From Deltaproteobacteria bacterium (GTDB lineage: Bacteria > Myxococcota_A > UBA9042 > DTJE01), in assembly GCA_016875475.1 (NCBI GenBank), contig VGRB01000003.1:1-40679 (forward strand): DNA of 40,679 nucleotides. The letters are read 5' to 3'. A model generated the notes under the pieces. That model made no database searches, had not been told where the DNA came from, and saw only the letters and a list, made by a program, of their open reading frames with translations. Below, piece after piece: positions 27,186-36,089 of the stretch (positions are counted from its first letter, which is position 1; the number at the start of each line of letters is the position of its first letter). Both the position numbers and the translations under genes were made by a program.

Positions 27186-28235
27186 TCAGACGGGCGCGAC
27201 CGCCAGATCCAGCCACGCCACCCCGTCGAGCGGACCGCCCGCGGCCGGGCGCACCTGGGCCACGGCGTGCGCTCGCCCCCCCCCCGCGTCCAGCACCGGG
27301 AAGCTCACGCGGACCACGCGGGCACCGGCCCCGTTCCCGGGCCGCACCGTCGCCCGCGACAGGCGCGCGACGTACGGCGAAGCGAGCGGGCACGCGTCGC
27401 GCACGGCCGCGACCAGCGCGGCGTCCGGGGCCGAGTCGCCGAGGTCGGCCGGGAGCGGCACCTCGGCCGGGGGCACGGCCGACGCGGACAGGAACGCGTT
27501 CACGTGCAACGTCAGCAGGGCCTCCGCGATCGCGAACCCCTCCCGCGACCAGACCTTCTGGACCGCGACGTTCTGGACCTGGGTCGAGACCTTCATCAGC
27601 CGCGCGCCGCGGTCGCGGAAGTGGGCCTGCGAGAAGCGGATCAGGTCGCCATAGACCCCCCCGCCGGACGCCTCCGTGGTCACGCCGTACAGCACGCCCT
27701 CGCACTCGTCGGCATGTCGCGCGCAGGTCAGGAACGCGACCGGCTCGCCGGCCCGGCGGACCAGCCACGCCACGCGGCCGGACGGGTCGCCGTCCGGCAG
27801 GCAGTGGCCGCGCGCCCACTCCTTGTAGCCCTCCAGCACGCCGTCGCGCGGCAGGAAAGGGTTCGAGGCGTAGTGGCTCGAGTAGCCGTCGAACGTGCGC
27901 TCGACGAGCCGGTCCACGTCCGCGTGGTGCGCCTCGCCGCACCGCTCGAACGCGAGGTCCGCGTTCCGGAGCGGGGCCGGGACGTGCCGCAACAGGTCCG
28001 CGTGGTACCACACGAGCGTGTCCGCCACGACGACCGGGAGCCCGGCCGACGCGAGCCCCGCCACCTCGGGCTGCCGCGCCGCCGGCAGGCGCAGGATCGC
28101 GACGTCCGCCCGCAGCGCGTCGATCTCGTCGAGGATCGCGACCGCGTCCAGGCGGTCGAACCGGCCGCGCACGACCTTGAAGCCGAACCGGTTGGAGTCG
28201 AGGGGCGATTCGACCACCCGCGCGTCCCCGCGCAT
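27186..28235 (-). CDS. GNAT acetyltransferase, WecD (dTDP-fucosamine acetyltransferase)-like, with C-terminal extension
   Basis: LDSNRFG, SHYASNPFL...YKEW, GGGVYGDL, VSTQVQNVAVQKVWSREGF. Adjacent to the rffA-like gene. Confidence 0.7.
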   Translation of the reverse strand: MRGDARVVESPLDSNRFGFKVVRGRFDRLDAVAILDEIDALRADVAILRLPAARQPEVAGLASAGLPVVVADTLVWYHADLLRHVPAPLRNADLAFERCGEAHHADVDRLVERTFDGYSSHYASNPFLPRDGVLEGYKEWARGHCLPDGDPSGRVAWLVRRAGEPVAFLTCARHADECEGVLYGVTTEASGGGVYGDLIRFSQAHFRDRGARLMKVSTQVQNVAVQKVWSREGFAIAEALLTLHVNAFLSASAVPPAEVPLPADLGDSAPDAALVAAVRDACPLASPYVARLSRATVRPGNGAGARVVRVSFPVLDAGGGRAHAVAQVRPAAGGPLDGVAWLDLAVAPV

Positions 28236-28319
28236 GCCGAGGCGAACTGTAACACGGTCCCCGGTTGATCCCCCCCGGGCCGTGCCGTATACTGTCGTCC
28301 GGCAAGCACGGGGGCTCCG

Positions 28320-30080
28320 ATGAGGCGTGCCTCGACCGCAGTGCTCGCGACCGCGATGCTCGCGACCCTGCTCGCGTGCGCGCCCGGCAAGGGCCGGGAC
28401 GACCCGTGCGGCGGCACGGACCTCCCGGCGGAGACGCCCGAGTCGACGCCGGCGGACCTCCCGCCCGAACCCTCTCCCGTCCCCGAACCCGAGCCCGAGC
28501 CCGAACCCGATGTCCCGCCGGACCCCGCGCCGGACCTCGCGCCCGACCCTGCGCCGGAGCCCGGCCCCGACGTGCCGCCCTGCACCCCTGCCGCGGAAAG
28601 CTGCAACGGCAAGGACGACGACTGCGACGGGGTGACGGACGGCCCGGGGGACGGGCTGCCAGGCTGCACGCCGCGCTTCGCGGATCGCGACGGCGACGGC
28701 CACGGCGACCCCGGCGACGAGCGCTGCCTGTGCGCGCCCGTGCCGCCGCACTTCGCGACCGCGGGAGACGACTGCGACGACGGGGACCCGGGCATCCCGA
28801 GCCCGACGTCCGGGTGCGACGGCGGCTGCCCGGACGGGCAGACCACGGGCACGGAGGCGTGCGACGACGGAAACGGGTTCCCCTGGGACGGCTGCGACGC
28901 GTGCAAGAAGCGCGGTTTCGTCGCGGCCGCCCAGTCGGACCATGCCGACCCGGCGATCGCGACGTCCGGCGACCGGCTCGCCGTGGTCTTCACCGCGGAC
29001 GGATACACGCGCAACGTGTACGCGCAGGTGTTCGATTTGTCCGGGCCGAAGCTCACGAAGGTCGGCGCGGAGGTGGCCCTCGGCGGGGGGCACTTCCTTC
29101 CCGGCGGCGAGCAGCTGCAGGGCGGAGGCTCCGTCGCGGGTCTCGCCAACGGCCGGTTCATTGCGGCGTGGGACGCATGGGGGCTCGACGGCGACGACTT
29201 CGGGGTGTTCCTGGCGACGTTCACGTCGAACGGGGTCGACAGCCGGAGCACGGCCAACGAGCACTGGCAGGCGCGCCAGCTCGCGCCGGCGGTCGCGGCC
29301 CGGGCGACCGGCGGGCTCGTGGCGTGGCAGGGCTGGGACGACGGCGGCAGCGGGTACGACGTCTATGCGCGCCCGTTCGGGACGTGGGGCGACCCGTCCT
29401 CGCCGGAGGTCCGGCTGAACGAGTTCTGGGCCGGCGACCAGGAGCGGCCGGACGTGGTCGCCTTGACGGACGGCGGGTTCGCGGTCGCGTGGCTGTCGGA
29501 CCTCCAGGCCGACGGCAAGCCCGCGATCGTGGTCCGCGGCTTCGCGGACGACTCCGCGCCGATCTCGGCCGAGGTCGTACTCCCGGTCGGGCGGTCGGCG
29601 GGAAGGCCGTCGCTCGCCGCGCTCGGGGCAAAGCGGATCCTCGTCGCCTGGGACTCGCAGGAATCCTGGGAGGTCCGGCCGCAGGTCCGGCACGCCGTCG
29701 TGGACCTCTCGGCGCCGGGACCGGTCGCGGTAGCCGAGGTCCCGCCCGTGCCGGACGCGCCCTGGTACGTCACCGGTGCCGGCACCGCGGGCGTCGCGGC
29801 GATCCCGGGGAAGGGCTTCGCGATCGCGTACGAGGCCTGGCAGCACCGCTGGATCCGCGCGCGGGGGTTCACCGAGGCAGGCGAGGTCGCCTGGGAGCGG
29901 GACGTCAGCCCTGCGCACGACGGCCTCGGCGGCTGGGGAGACATGGGGGCGTCCCCGGCCGCGACGTTCCTGCCCGACGGCCGGCTGGCGATCGCCTGGG
30001 TGTGCACGTTCTCGAGCGGACACCCTACCCACGGGACGTGCCTGTCCGCCCTGACCGTCCCCTTCACGCCGTCGCCTTGA
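28320..30080 (+). CDS. Putative surface lipoprotein with Pro/acidic linker, Cys/Asp-rich metal-binding repeats and a C-terminal repeat (propeller-like) domain
   Basis: Signal peptide ending in lipobox LLAC. PEPEPEPEP linker. ESCNGKDDDCDG, DRDGDGHGDP, DCDD and EACDDGN...DGC are myxobacterial-type motifs. Confidence 0.75.
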   Translation: MRRASTAVLATAMLATLLACAPGKGRDDPCGGTDLPAETPESTPADLPPEPSPVPEPEPEPEPDVPPDPAPDLAPDPAPEPGPDVPPCTPAAESCNGKDDDCDGVTDGPGDGLPGCTPRFADRDGDGHGDPGDERCLCAPVPPHFATAGDDCDDGDPGIPSPTSGCDGGCPDGQTTGTEACDDGNGFPWDGCDACKKRGFVAAAQSDHADPAIATSGDRLAVVFTADGYTRNVYAQVFDLSGPKLTKVGAEVALGGGHFLPGGEQLQGGGSVAGLANGRFIAAWDAWGLDGDDFGVFLATFTSNGVDSRSTANEHWQARQLAPAVAARATGGLVAWQGWDDGGSGYDVYARPFGTWGDPSSPEVRLNEFWAGDQERPDVVALTDGGFAVAWLSDLQADGKPAIVVRGFADDSAPISAEVVLPVGRSAGRPSLAALGAKRILVAWDSQESWEVRPQVRHAVVDLSAPGPVAVAEVPPVPDAPWYVTGAGTAGVAAIPGKGFAIAYEAWQHRWIRARGFTEAGEVAWERDVSPAHDGLGGWGDMGASPAATFLPDGRLAIAWVCTFSSGHPTHGTCLSALTVPFTPSP

Positions 30081-30112
30081 CACGCCCGCCCGCCCGCGCG
30101 ACCCTCCGCGCC

Positions 30113-32332
30113 GTGGAAACGCTCCGGCCGAAATCCGTCCGCGTCGCCCTCGCCTGCATCGCGGCGCTGTACGCCGCGGTCTGCCTGCGCGGGATCGCGA
30201 ACGGCTTCTACTGGGGGCACGACGGCTACAACGCGGCCGGGTTCGCGATCGCGGCCAGGAACACGCTCCGGCACGGCGTCGTCGGCATGGCGCTCTCGAC
30301 CGACCCGGCGCCGCCGGCCCCGACCGACCGCTACGTGACGCACCCGCTGCTCATCCACTACCACCACGTCGCGGCCATGGGAGCCTTCGGGGACTCGCCG
30401 CTCGCCCTGCGCGCGACCGCCGCGGCCTACAGCCTGGGCACGCTCCTCCTGCTGTTCGCGGTCGTGCGGCGTCTCGCGGGCCCCGGGCAGGCGCTGGTCG
30501 CGGCCGCGGCCTTCGCACTCGCCCCGCTGAACGCGGTCTTCGCGAACGTGCTGATCCACGACCACGGGTGCATCTTCTGGACGCTCCTGTTCGCGTACCT
30601 CGCGGTCCGTTGGCTCGCGGAAGGCGGCGGGCCCCGAGGCGCCGGGTCCCCGGGCGCCGGGTCCCGAGGCGGCGGCCGCCTTGCGGCCACGGCGGTCGCG
30701 ATGATGCTCGCGCTCTCGCTCGACTGGCCCGCGTACTTCAGCGCGTTCGCGGTCTTCTGCTTCGCGCTCGCGACCGCGGCGAGGCGGCCCGACGCACGCC
30801 GCCGCGCCATCGCGCTCGCGGGGATCGCGGTCGCGTGCGTGGCCGCGAGCGCGGCGCTGCACCTGTGGTACGTACTCTCGGCCTTCGGGGACGTCGCGAG
30901 CCTCAAGTCGATGTACGGCGTCCGCACCGCGCACCACGCGGAGGGCTACCTCGCGTACGTCGCGCGCTGGGCGTGGGACATGTACGGCCCGGTCCCGATC
31001 GCGCTCGGCGGGGCGTGGCTCGCGTCGCTGCCGTTCCGGGTCCGGCGCGGGACCGCGACCGGCGCGGACGCGATCGCCGCGGTCTTCCTGTTCGCCCAGG
31101 TCGCGAACTCGGCCCTCTTCCGGCAGGGCGGGTTCATCCACCGGTTCTGGCTCGCGCACGGCACGGTCGCGCTCGCGATCGCGTCGGGCGTCGTGCTGTG
31201 GGAAGCGGCGGTCCGGCTGCGCGAGGCGGCCCGCGACCGGAGGGCCGGGACCGCGGCGGCCGTCGCCCTGATCGCGCTCGCGGCGGTGCCGCAGGTCGTG
31301 TTCGCCGCCCGGATCGCGGCCTGGGGCGCGCGCACCGGGGCGCTCGCGGTCGGGAAGCCGGAGGAGCGCTTCCGCGACTGGTTCGACGAGATCGAGTGGC
31401 TGAAGGACCTGCGACGCACGTACCACCGCGACAACGCGACCTTCCTGGCGCACCCGTCGGTGGGCGAGGTCCGGCGCGAGATCGAGTACCACCTGGACGC
31501 GCCCGTCAGGACCGTGGAACAGGCGCCGGCCAGGGCGCCGCCGGATGCGTCGGGACGGCACGCGGTCATGCTGTTCGACCTGTACGACGGCTCGGCGCGC
31601 GACCTCGTGCGGGGCCTCGCCGCGAGACATCCGGTCGTGGTGCACGATCGCCGGTTCGTCGCGGTGGACATGTCGGCGTCCGGCGAGGGGTTCGCCGCCC
31701 GGGCCCGCGCTGACGGCGAGGCGGGGTGCGCGTGGCGGTGGCTGGTCAACTGGTGGCGGCCGCCGGTGTCGTGGGTGGAGGACCCGTTCGCGGAGGGGAT
31801 TCGGGCCTGGGTCATGGTGGGGGCGGGGGAAGCCGGGTCGGGTACGGGTACGGGTAGGGCTATCGGCGGGCGGGGAGGGACGGCGTTCTCGTGGCGATGC
31901 CCGCCCGGGCTCGCGCTCGCGGCGATCGACGTGAAGACGCGCGACGGCCGGGACGGCTCGATGGTCGATGCGGTCCGGCCGGTGTGCGCGCCTCACGGCG
32001 AGAACCCGGCGGGCGTGCGCGCGGTCCTCGGCCCCTGGTACGGCGAGCCGTGGCACGACGGGTACCCGGGGGCGCACGCGCGGCTCTCGTGCCCCGGCGA
32101 GTCGCTCGCGGGCGTACACGGAACGGCCGGCCGGTACGTCGCGTCGCTCGGGGTCGCCTGCCCGGATCGCACGCTCGGCCCCGCGCACGGCCGCGCGGAC
32201 GGCGCGCCGGACCTCGCGACCTGCCCCGCGGACGCGCGCGCGGTCGGGATCCACGGCCGCTACGGCGCCCTCGTGGACGCGGTCGGCGCGGACTGCGCGC
32301 CGCTCGCGGGAGGCGCCCGGACAATTCGGTGA
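30113..32332 (+). CDS. GT-C (ArnT/PMT, GT39/83-like) membrane glycosyltransferase with a C-terminal jacalin/beta-prism-like domain
   Basis: Multiple TM helices, GHDGYN, YVTHPLL...AFGDSPLALR. C-terminal threefold repeat (GGRGG..CP..L..I....G..VDAV..C). GTG start with TTGACA at 30078. Confidence 0.75.
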   Translation: METLRPKSVRVALACIAALYAAVCLRGIANGFYWGHDGYNAAGFAIAARNTLRHGVVGMALSTDPAPPAPTDRYVTHPLLIHYHHVAAMGAFGDSPLALRATAAAYSLGTLLLLFAVVRRLAGPGQALVAAAAFALAPLNAVFANVLIHDHGCIFWTLLFAYLAVRWLAEGGGPRGAGSPGAGSRGGGRLAATAVAMMLALSLDWPAYFSAFAVFCFALATAARRPDARRRAIALAGIAVACVAASAALHLWYVLSAFGDVASLKSMYGVRTAHHAEGYLAYVARWAWDMYGPVPIALGGAWLASLPFRVRRGTATGADAIAAVFLFAQVANSALFRQGGFIHRFWLAHGTVALAIASGVVLWEAAVRLREAARDRRAGTAAAVALIALAAVPQVVFAARIAAWGARTGALAVGKPEERFRDWFDEIEWLKDLRRTYHRDNATFLAHPSVGEVRREIEYHLDAPVRTVEQAPARAPPDASGRHAVMLFDLYDGSARDLVRGLAARHPVVVHDRRFVAVDMSASGEGFAARARADGEAGCAWRWLVNWWRPPVSWVEDPFAEGIRAWVMVGAGEAGSGTGTGRAIGGRGGTAFSWRCPPGLALAAIDVKTRDGRDGSMVDAVRPVCAPHGENPAGVRAVLGPWYGEPWHDGYPGAHARLSCPGESLAGVHGTAGRYVASLGVACPDRTLGPAHGRADGAPDLATCPADARAVGIHGRYGALVDAVGADCAPLAGGARTIR

Positions 32333-32355
32333 CAGCCACCGGGTTTCCCGAGCGG

Positions 32356-32439
32356 CCGCGGATGACCTGCGAGCCAGGACGAGTCAGGTCCATCCGCGGG
32401 GTTTCGCGCCGCTTCAGTCGGCGCGAAACGATGTACAAT
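32356..32439 (+). promoter_or_regulatory. Two intergenic hairpins followed by a TACAAT -10 for the heptose operon
   Basis: CCGCGGATGACCTG...CAGGTCCATCCGCGG (32356-32399), GTTTCGCGCCG-N7-CGGCGCGAAAC (32401-32429), and TACAAT at 32434-32439. Confidence 0.5.
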
Positions 32440-32470
32440 CCGCGCCGCTCGTCGGAGGCAGGGGAAGCCC

Positions 32471-33787
32471 TTGACCGCCCGAGACACGAGACCGCAGGAC
32501 GCCACGACGCCGTACGCCGGCCCGGGGCACGTCCAGGTCGTGGTCTTGATGGGCGGCCTCGCGACCCGGCTCGGCGACGCGGCGCGAACGGTGCCGAAGG
32601 CCCTGATCGACGTCGAGGGGCGGCCGTTCTTCGCGATCGTGCTCGACGCGCTGAAGCGCCGGGGGCTCCGGCGGTTCCTGCTCCTGACCGGGCACCTGGG
32701 CGACCAGGTCCGCGCGGCGTTCGTGGACGGGGCCGGCCTCGGCGTCCGGATCGACTACCGCGACGACGGGCCCGAGCCGCTCGGCACCGGGGGGGCGCTC
32801 CGGGCCGCGCTGCCGCTGCTCGACGAGCGCTTCTTCCTGCTCTACGGCGACTCGTACATGGACATCGACTACGAGCGCCTGTACCGCGAGCACCTGCACC
32901 ACGAGCGGGAAGGCCGCGCCGCGCTGATGTCGCTCTACCGGAACGACGACGCGCTGGAGCGGAGCAACGCCCGGTTCGAGGGCGGGCGCCTCGTGCGCTA
33001 CGACAAGCGTGCGGACCCGGCCGGGATGCGCCACGTGGACTTCGGCGTGTCCGTGGTGAGGCGGGACCTGGTCGCGCGGATCCCGGCGAACACGCCGGCG
33101 GACCTCGCCGACCTGATGCGCGACGCGACCGCCGAGGGGCTCGTCGCGGGCTGCGAGCTGCGCGACCGCTTCTGGGAGATCGGGCGGCCGGGCCCGCTGG
33201 AGGCGTTCCGGGCGTACGTGCGGGACCGCGCCGCGCGCCCGCGCAAGGCGGTGTTCCTGGACCGCGACGGCACGATCAACGAGCAGGTTCGCGGCGGCGC
33301 CGAGGGGGTCGATTCGCCCTTCCGCCCCGAGGACGTGCGGCTGATCCCCGGCGCGGCGGACGCGTTGAAGCGCTTGAAGTCGCTCGGGTACCTGCTGATC
33401 GTGGTCACGAACCAGCCCGGCGCGACCAAGGGGAAGGCGACCGTCCCGGACCTGTGGCGAGTGGACGACAGGGTGCGCGACCTGCTGGCCGCGGAGGGCG
33501 TCGCGATCGACGACTCGCTGGTCTGCCCGCACCACCCCGCGGGCGTGCCGGATCGCTGCCCCGGGGCGGGCCTGATCGGGCCGTGCGCCTGCCGCAAGCC
33601 TGCGCCGGGCCTGATCGGAACCGCGGCCGCGAAGCACGGGATCGACCTCGCCGCGTCGTTCCTGGTCGGGGATTCGGACGCGGACATCGGCGCCGCGGAG
33701 GCCGCCGGCGTCCGCGCGGTGCGCGTCGGCCCGAATGGCGGGACGCTCTCGGAGTTCGCGGATCGGCTTCTGCAGGGGGAGGCATGA
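32471..33787 (+). CDS. Fused heptose-1-phosphate nucleotidyltransferase (HddC-like) / heptose-1,7-bisphosphate phosphatase (GmhB)
   Basis: MGGLATRLG...PKAL...LGTGGAL...YGDSY, then KAVFLDRDGTIN, VVTNQ, CPHHP, CACRKPAPG, VGDSDAD. Confidence 0.88.
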   Translation: MTARDTRPQDATTPYAGPGHVQVVVLMGGLATRLGDAARTVPKALIDVEGRPFFAIVLDALKRRGLRRFLLLTGHLGDQVRAAFVDGAGLGVRIDYRDDGPEPLGTGGALRAALPLLDERFFLLYGDSYMDIDYERLYREHLHHEREGRAALMSLYRNDDALERSNARFEGGRLVRYDKRADPAGMRHVDFGVSVVRRDLVARIPANTPADLADLMRDATAEGLVAGCELRDRFWEIGRPGPLEAFRAYVRDRAARPRKAVFLDRDGTINEQVRGGAEGVDSPFRPEDVRLIPGAADALKRLKSLGYLLIVVTNQPGATKGKATVPDLWRVDDRVRDLLAAEGVAIDDSLVCPHHPAGVPDRCPGAGLIGPCACRKPAPGLIGTAAAKHGIDLAASFLVGDSDADIGAAEAAGVRAVRVGPNGGTLSEFADRLLQGEA

Positions 33788-34506
33788 GGATGGTCACGCT
33801 CGCGACCTTGAGGATCAAGCTCTACACGGACAGCGCCAGCCCGGACGACTTCCGGCGGTTCGCGCCGCTGCCGCACATCGCCGGGTTCACGACGAACCCT
33901 TCCCTGATGCGGAAGGCCGGCGTGTCGGACTACCTCGCCTACATGGACGAGGTCCTGCCGCTCTGCCAGGGCAAGCCGGTGTCGTTCGAGGTCATCGCGG
34001 ACGACCTCCCCGAGATGCGGCGGCAGGCCATGCTGCTGGGCCGCAAGGGGGACAACGTGTTCGTGAAGATCCCGATCATGAACACGCGCGGCGAGGACAC
34101 GTGCGGGCTCGTGCGCGAGCTGTGCTCGGAGGGCGTCAAGGTGAACGTGACCGCGCTGCTCGCGCTTGCGCAGGTCGAGCGCGTGGCCGCGGCCTTCCCG
34201 GCGGACGCGATTGCGATCGTGTCGGTCTTCGGAGGCCGCATCGCCGACACGGGGGTGGACCCGATGCCGATCATGCGCGCGTCGAAGGAGCTGATCGCGG
34301 GCATGCCGGGCGTGGAGCTGCTGTGGGCCAGCCAGCGCGAGATGCTGAACGTGGTCCAGGCCGAGGAGTGCGGGTGCGACATCATCACGGTCCAGCCGGC
34401 GACGCTCGACAAGCTCGCGATGCTCGGGACCGACCTCGTGGACCTGTCGCGCCAGACGGTGGTCATGTTCGCTCGCGACGCCGCGGCGTCCGGGCTCTCG
34501 CTGTAG
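33784..34506 (+). CDS. tal: Transaldolase (small Tal/FSA family)
   Basis: GFTTNPSL, VSFEV, FVKIP (Schiff-base Lys), VNVT, SVFGGRI. The E and F residues match the transaldolase rather than the FSA pattern. Confidence 0.85.
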   Translation: MRMVTLATLRIKLYTDSASPDDFRRFAPLPHIAGFTTNPSLMRKAGVSDYLAYMDEVLPLCQGKPVSFEVIADDLPEMRRQAMLLGRKGDNVFVKIPIMNTRGEDTCGLVRELCSEGVKVNVTALLALAQVERVAAAFPADAIAIVSVFGGRIADTGVDPMPIMRASKELIAGMPGVELLWASQREMLNVVQAEECGCDIITVQPATLDKLAMLGTDLVDLSRQTVVMFARDAAASGLSL

Positions 34507-34523
34507 CGCCGGAGGGGGATCCC

Positions 34524-35111
34524 ATGGTTCGTCCGTTCGTGGACCGCTACCTCGACGAGGTCGCCGAGATCGCCCGCACGATCGACCGCGACGCGCTCAC
34601 CGCGCTGGTCTCCGGCCTCGCGGCCGTGCGCGCGCGCGGGGGACGCCTGTTCATGCTGGGGATCGGCGGGTCCGCGGCGAACGCGTCCCACGCCGTCAAC
34701 GACTTCCGCAAGATCGGCGGGATCGAGACCTACGCGCCGACCGACAACGTGGCCGAGCTGACCGCGCGCACGAACGACGACGGCTTCGAGACCGTGTTCG
34801 CCCGCTGGCTCGAGACCTCGCGCCTCGACGCGGACGACGCGGTGTTCGTGCTGTCGGTCGGGGGGGGGTCGGACACGACGTCGCGGAACCTCGTCGCGGC
34901 GATGGAGTACGCCCGCAGGGTCGGCGCGAAGGTCCTGTCCGTGGTCAGTCGCGACGGCGGGGCCGCGCGCGGACTGTCAGACGTGTGCGTGCTCGTCCCC
35001 GTGGTCGAGCCGACCCGCATCACGCCGCACGCCGAGGAATGGCAGGCGGTCGTCGGGCACCTCGTGGTGAACGCGCTGTGCCCGCCCGAAGCCGGAGGAG
35101 GCGCCCCGTGA
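34524..35111 (+). CDS. gmhA: SIS-domain phosphoheptose isomerase (GmhA-like, divergent)
   Basis: GIGGSAANASH, LTARTNDDGFETVF, LSVGG, SRNLV. Context is heptose genes. Confidence 0.8.
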   Translation: MVRPFVDRYLDEVAEIARTIDRDALTALVSGLAAVRARGGRLFMLGIGGSAANASHAVNDFRKIGGIETYAPTDNVAELTARTNDDGFETVFARWLETSRLDADDAVFVLSVGGGSDTTSRNLVAAMEYARRVGAKVLSVVSRDGGAARGLSDVCVLVPVVEPTRITPHAEEWQAVVGHLVVNALCPPEAGGGAP

Positions 35112-36067
35112 CCATCCTCGTCGTCGGCGGCGCCGGGTTCATCGGCAGCCACCTCGTGAAGACCGTGATGGGCGAGGACCCGGACGTGGCCGTCCGCATC
35201 TTCGACAACTTCTCGTCCGGCCGCGAGTGGCACCTCGCGGAGGTCGCCGGCGACCCGCGCCTGGCGGTCGTGCGCGGCGACGTGAAGGACCTGCCCGCTC
35301 TGCAGGCGGCGATGCGGGGCGCGGACGCGGTCTATCACTTCGCCTCGAACCCGGACATCGCACGCGCGGTCACCGAGCCGGACGTGGACTTCTGGGAGGG
35401 GACGTACCTGACCAACAACGTGGCCGAGGCGATGCGACGCGAGGGCGTCCGCCGCGTGCTGTACGCGTCGGGCAGCGGGCTGTACGGCGACACCGGCGAG
35501 GCGGTCGCGCACGAGGACTGGTCGCCGCTCCGGCCGATCTCGACGTACGGCGCGTCCAAGCTCGCCGGCGAGGTGCTGTTCTGCTCGTACTGCCACATGT
35601 TCGGGCTCGTCGCGACCGCGTTCCGGTTCGCGAACGTGGTCGGCCCGCACCAGACGCACGGCGTCGGCTTCGACTTCGTGAAGCGGCTGCTCGCGGACCC
35701 GACGCGCCTGCGGATCCTCGGCGACGGGACGCAGAACAAGTCGTACCTGCACGTTCACGACGTGATCGCGGCGATGCGGCTGTGCCACCGCGTGCAGGAG
35801 GACGGCTTCGCGACCTACAACGTGGCGACCGAGGACCTGCTGACCGTGTCCCGGATCGCCGACCTCTCGTGCGAGGTGGTCGGGGTCACGGGCGTCCGCT
35901 ACGAGTACACGGGGGGGAACCGCGGGTGGAAGGGCGACGTGCCGGTCGTGCGGCTCGACAGCAGCCGCATCCGCGCGCTCGGCTGGAAGAACCGGTTCTC
36001 GGCGCGCGAGGCGATGCGGGACGCGCTCGTCTCGATGCTCCGGGACGCCCGCGCCGGCAAGCTCTGA
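35108..36067 (+). CDS. NAD-dependent nucleotide-sugar epimerase/dehydratase (extended SDR)
   Basis: GGAGFIGSHL, DNFSSG, YGASK, FRFANVVG, GWKGDVP. Confidence 0.9.
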   Translation: MTILVVGGAGFIGSHLVKTVMGEDPDVAVRIFDNFSSGREWHLAEVAGDPRLAVVRGDVKDLPALQAAMRGADAVYHFASNPDIARAVTEPDVDFWEGTYLTNNVAEAMRREGVRRVLYASGSGLYGDTGEAVAHEDWSPLRPISTYGASKLAGEVLFCSYCHMFGLVATAFRFANVVGPHQTHGVGFDFVKRLLADPTRLRILGDGTQNKSYLHVHDVIAAMRLCHRVQEDGFATYNVATEDLLTVSRIADLSCEVVGVTGVRYEYTGGNRGWKGDVPVVRLDSSRIRALGWKNRFSAREAMRDALVSMLRDARAGKL

Positions 36068-36089
36068 TTCCGACCCGGCGGAGGCTGCC

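Noticed and set aside
30672-30688. 17-bp match (GCGGCCGCCTTGCGGCC) to the 48-bp repeat inside a Gly-rich loop of the GT-C gene
   Set aside because: It is short and almost all G/C, so chance cannot be excluded; not counted as a third copy.
28265-32332. 1355-aa ORF as a giant protein
   Set aside because: The N-terminal ~615 aa are an Arg/Gly-rich off-frame reading of the lipoprotein gene; the real GT-C starts near 30113.
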